Below are positions 35,771-37,566 of a stretch of DNA of 37,566 nt, one piece after another (the first letter of the stretch is position 1; every line of letters starts with the position of its first letter). The position numbers were made by a program, and so were the translations under genes. A model generated the notes under the pieces. The model was not told the DNA's origin. It did no database searches and saw nothing but the letters and a program-made list of their open reading frames with translations. The DNA is from Verrucomicrobiales bacterium. GTDB lineage: Bacteria > Verrucomicrobiota > Verrucomicrobiia > Verrucomicrobiales > V1-33. Location of the stretch: positions 1 to 37,566 of the forward strand of contig JANOAV010000129.1 in NCBI GenBank assembly GCA_031411295.1, given 5' to 3'.

Positions 35771-37447
35771 ATGGGCTCAATAGCAATGTGGAAGCCATCT
35801 TTTAGCCCAAGCACCACTGTAGGTCTGGGGGATCGACTTCAGGGACTTGGTTGCGCTTTGGTCTTGAAGAACGCCATCGAAGCCCGCCTGCATGCTCCTT
35901 GGATTGCAGATTGGGCGTGCCTTTCGGGCTTTGAGGATCTGTTCTGGCACGTAGAGGACTTGGATTTTGTTTCCACCTGTTCATTAAAATCCCAATTGGA
36001 CAATAGTCACGGATCGATTTTGTGGACTTTCGAAGCCAACATTGCGCCCGAAGCTGCGCTTGGGCGATTCCGAAATCTGCACCCGCCTGGGCATCCTCAC
36101 TTCGCTAACTTTGAGACGTTCTACGCAGCTTGGTGTGAAGTGATGCGACGTTGGCGGCCATTGCCTTGCTGGCAGAAGATCATTGATGAAGTCTCTGTAG
36201 ATTTTGCTCCACAAATGGTGGCGATTCACCTGCGTCGCACGGATGTAATGTTCGCGCCCAATAAACCCATCAATGAGTTCAATGTCGAGAGTTACGATGC
36301 CGCTTTGTGGGCTCAGGTGGAGCGGGTGCATGAGGCGCAGCTGGAGGTGGAATTTTTCCTGACGGCGGATCGGGAGGATTATTTGAATACTTGGCAGGAA
36401 ATGCTGACCGCCCGGGGGATGAAGGTGCACGTTTACACCAAGGAATGGAACCCTGAGGCAGGGCGGCAGACGAGCGTGGGGGATGCCTTGGTGGATCTGT
36501 ATTTGCTGGCGAAGTGTCAGCTGCTGCTGGGTTCTGTCTCCTCCAGCATGCTCCGGGTGGCCAAGGGGCTGGGTGGTGGGGAAATCAGACTGGTGCCGCC
36601 TCTGCCGCCGCAACTGCCCGAGCTGAAGCCTCCCCTGAGGATCACTTGTATCGGCAAGACGGATGGTGCGGGGGCGCAGATTCATGCGGTGCTTTCGGCA
36701 CGGGCCTTGGCGAAGCAGGCAGGGGCAACATTTGTGCATACCCCATTCGGGAAAATGGCGCATGGCGGGGACGGGACTGCGTGGGAGCGGTGGTTGGGGT
36801 TGGATAAATATGTCGGGGAGGTGGTGAATTTACGGGCGTTTGCGGAGGCGGGGGATTATGAGGAGGAGGTCGGGGCGAGCCGCCCCGACTCCTTTCCGGT
36901 GGTTACATTTCATGCGGAGCATTTCCACGGGGTGACGGAGAGTGATCCCACGATGTTCTATGGTCCGCTGCTGGAGGAACTGAGGGCGGACTATTTCCCA
37001 GACAAGGACTCAACCCCGCAGCGGATGGTCGCAGTGCATGTGCGGCGTGGGGATATTCTGCAACGGGCACGGGAACGAATCATTTCCGACGAGGCTTACT
37101 TGAAGACAATTGCCGCGATCCGCAAGGAGGAGGGGCGGCTCGCCCCTCTTGGAAATCAAGCCAATAGCAGAGGGGGCGAGCCGCCCCCTCTCCCTAATCT
37201 ACCGGTCCACATCTATAGCGACGGCACGCCGGAGGAATTCACGGCATTCACGGAAATGGGAGCGGTGCTGCATTGCGGGGAAGATGTGTTCACTACCTTC
37301 CATGCGCTGACGGTGGCGGAAATTCTCATCATTTCCAACAGCAGCTTCAGCCACATTGCTGGACTCATCAATCGAGGCCGAGTCGTGAAACCAAAAGATG
37401 CTGCTGCTGGCTACCACAAGCTGCTGAAGCACTGGGAGCGCCTATAA
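35771..37447 (+). CDS. Tandem two-domain fucosyltransferase-like glycosyltransferase
   Basis: Domain 1: GLGDRL, AIHLRRTD, FLTAD, DLYLLAKC...GS.SSS. Domain 2: GAGAQ, AVHVRRGD, IYSD, IISNSSFS. Confidence 0.8.
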   Translation: MGSIAMWKPSFSPSTTVGLGDRLQGLGCALVLKNAIEARLHAPWIADWACLSGFEDLFWHVEDLDFVSTCSLKSQLDNSHGSILWTFEANIAPEAALGRFRNLHPPGHPHFANFETFYAAWCEVMRRWRPLPCWQKIIDEVSVDFAPQMVAIHLRRTDVMFAPNKPINEFNVESYDAALWAQVERVHEAQLEVEFFLTADREDYLNTWQEMLTARGMKVHVYTKEWNPEAGRQTSVGDALVDLYLLAKCQLLLGSVSSSMLRVAKGLGGGEIRLVPPLPPQLPELKPPLRITCIGKTDGAGAQIHAVLSARALAKQAGATFVHTPFGKMAHGGDGTAWERWLGLDKYVGEVVNLRAFAEAGDYEEEVGASRPDSFPVVTFHAEHFHGVTESDPTMFYGPLLEELRADYFPDKDSTPQRMVAVHVRRGDILQRARERIISDEAYLKTIAAIRKEEGRLAPLGNQANSRGGEPPPLPNLPVHIYSDGTPEEFTAFTEMGAVLHCGEDVFTTFHALTVAEILIISNSSFSHIAGLINRGRVVKPKDAAAGYHKLLKHWERL

Positions 37448-37456
37448 AACTAGAAC

Positions 37457-37523
37457 GGTGGTCCGCACAGTACACTGTGCGGCACCGTCGAACAGCACCC
37501 CACAGATGACTGTGCGGACCACC
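37457..37523. repeat. REP-like inverted doublet, possibly also acting as a terminator
   Basis: GGTGGTCCGCACAGT (37457-37471) and ACTGTGCGGACCACC (37509-37523) form a perfect 15-bp IR; internal hairpin CCGCACAGT-AC-ACTGTGCGG (37463-37482). Confidence 0.85.
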
Positions 37524-37566
37524 TTTCGGGTCAGGATAGCCGATTTATGTAGACGCCGCGGGGGGG

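Overview
GC-rich bacterial DNA, probably from the PVC superphylum (Verrucomicrobiaceae-like). This is inferred from gene families and repeat types and not verified. The left part (1-9.8 kb) holds the likely right end of an IS4-like element next to REP-like repeats, an MFS transporter, and a NarL/LuxR response regulator divergent from a single-domain globin with two palindromic operators between them. It continues with a ZU5-like lipoprotein, a DhnA-type aldolase, trmB, a cupin and a sqr-tusE/dsrC-dsrE2 sulfur-relay operon. The centre (9,856-31,421, all minus strand, 17 tightly packed genes) is a ~21.5 kb phospho-signalling locus and the best candidate for an undescribed system. It encodes five Hanks-type Ser/Thr kinases with different membrane or extracytoplasmic modules, two PP2C phosphatases and five FHA-domain proteins (one fused to vWA, one to a trypsin-like lipoprotein protease). 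It also encodes a MotA/TolQ/ExbB channel subunit, a partner with a MotB/ExbD-like Asp helix that ends in a vWA domain, GYF_2 and DUF5362-like membrane proteins, and an ECF sigma factor whose DAED motif is replaced by SATD. The right part (31.6-37.6 kb) holds secreted hypothetical proteins, a transglutaminase-like Cys protein, an AT-richer repeat protein, a tandem two-domain fucosyltransferase-like gene and a REP-like doublet. All calls come from motif recognition by eye; many starts were moved to a more plausible downstream ATG than the ORF track gives.
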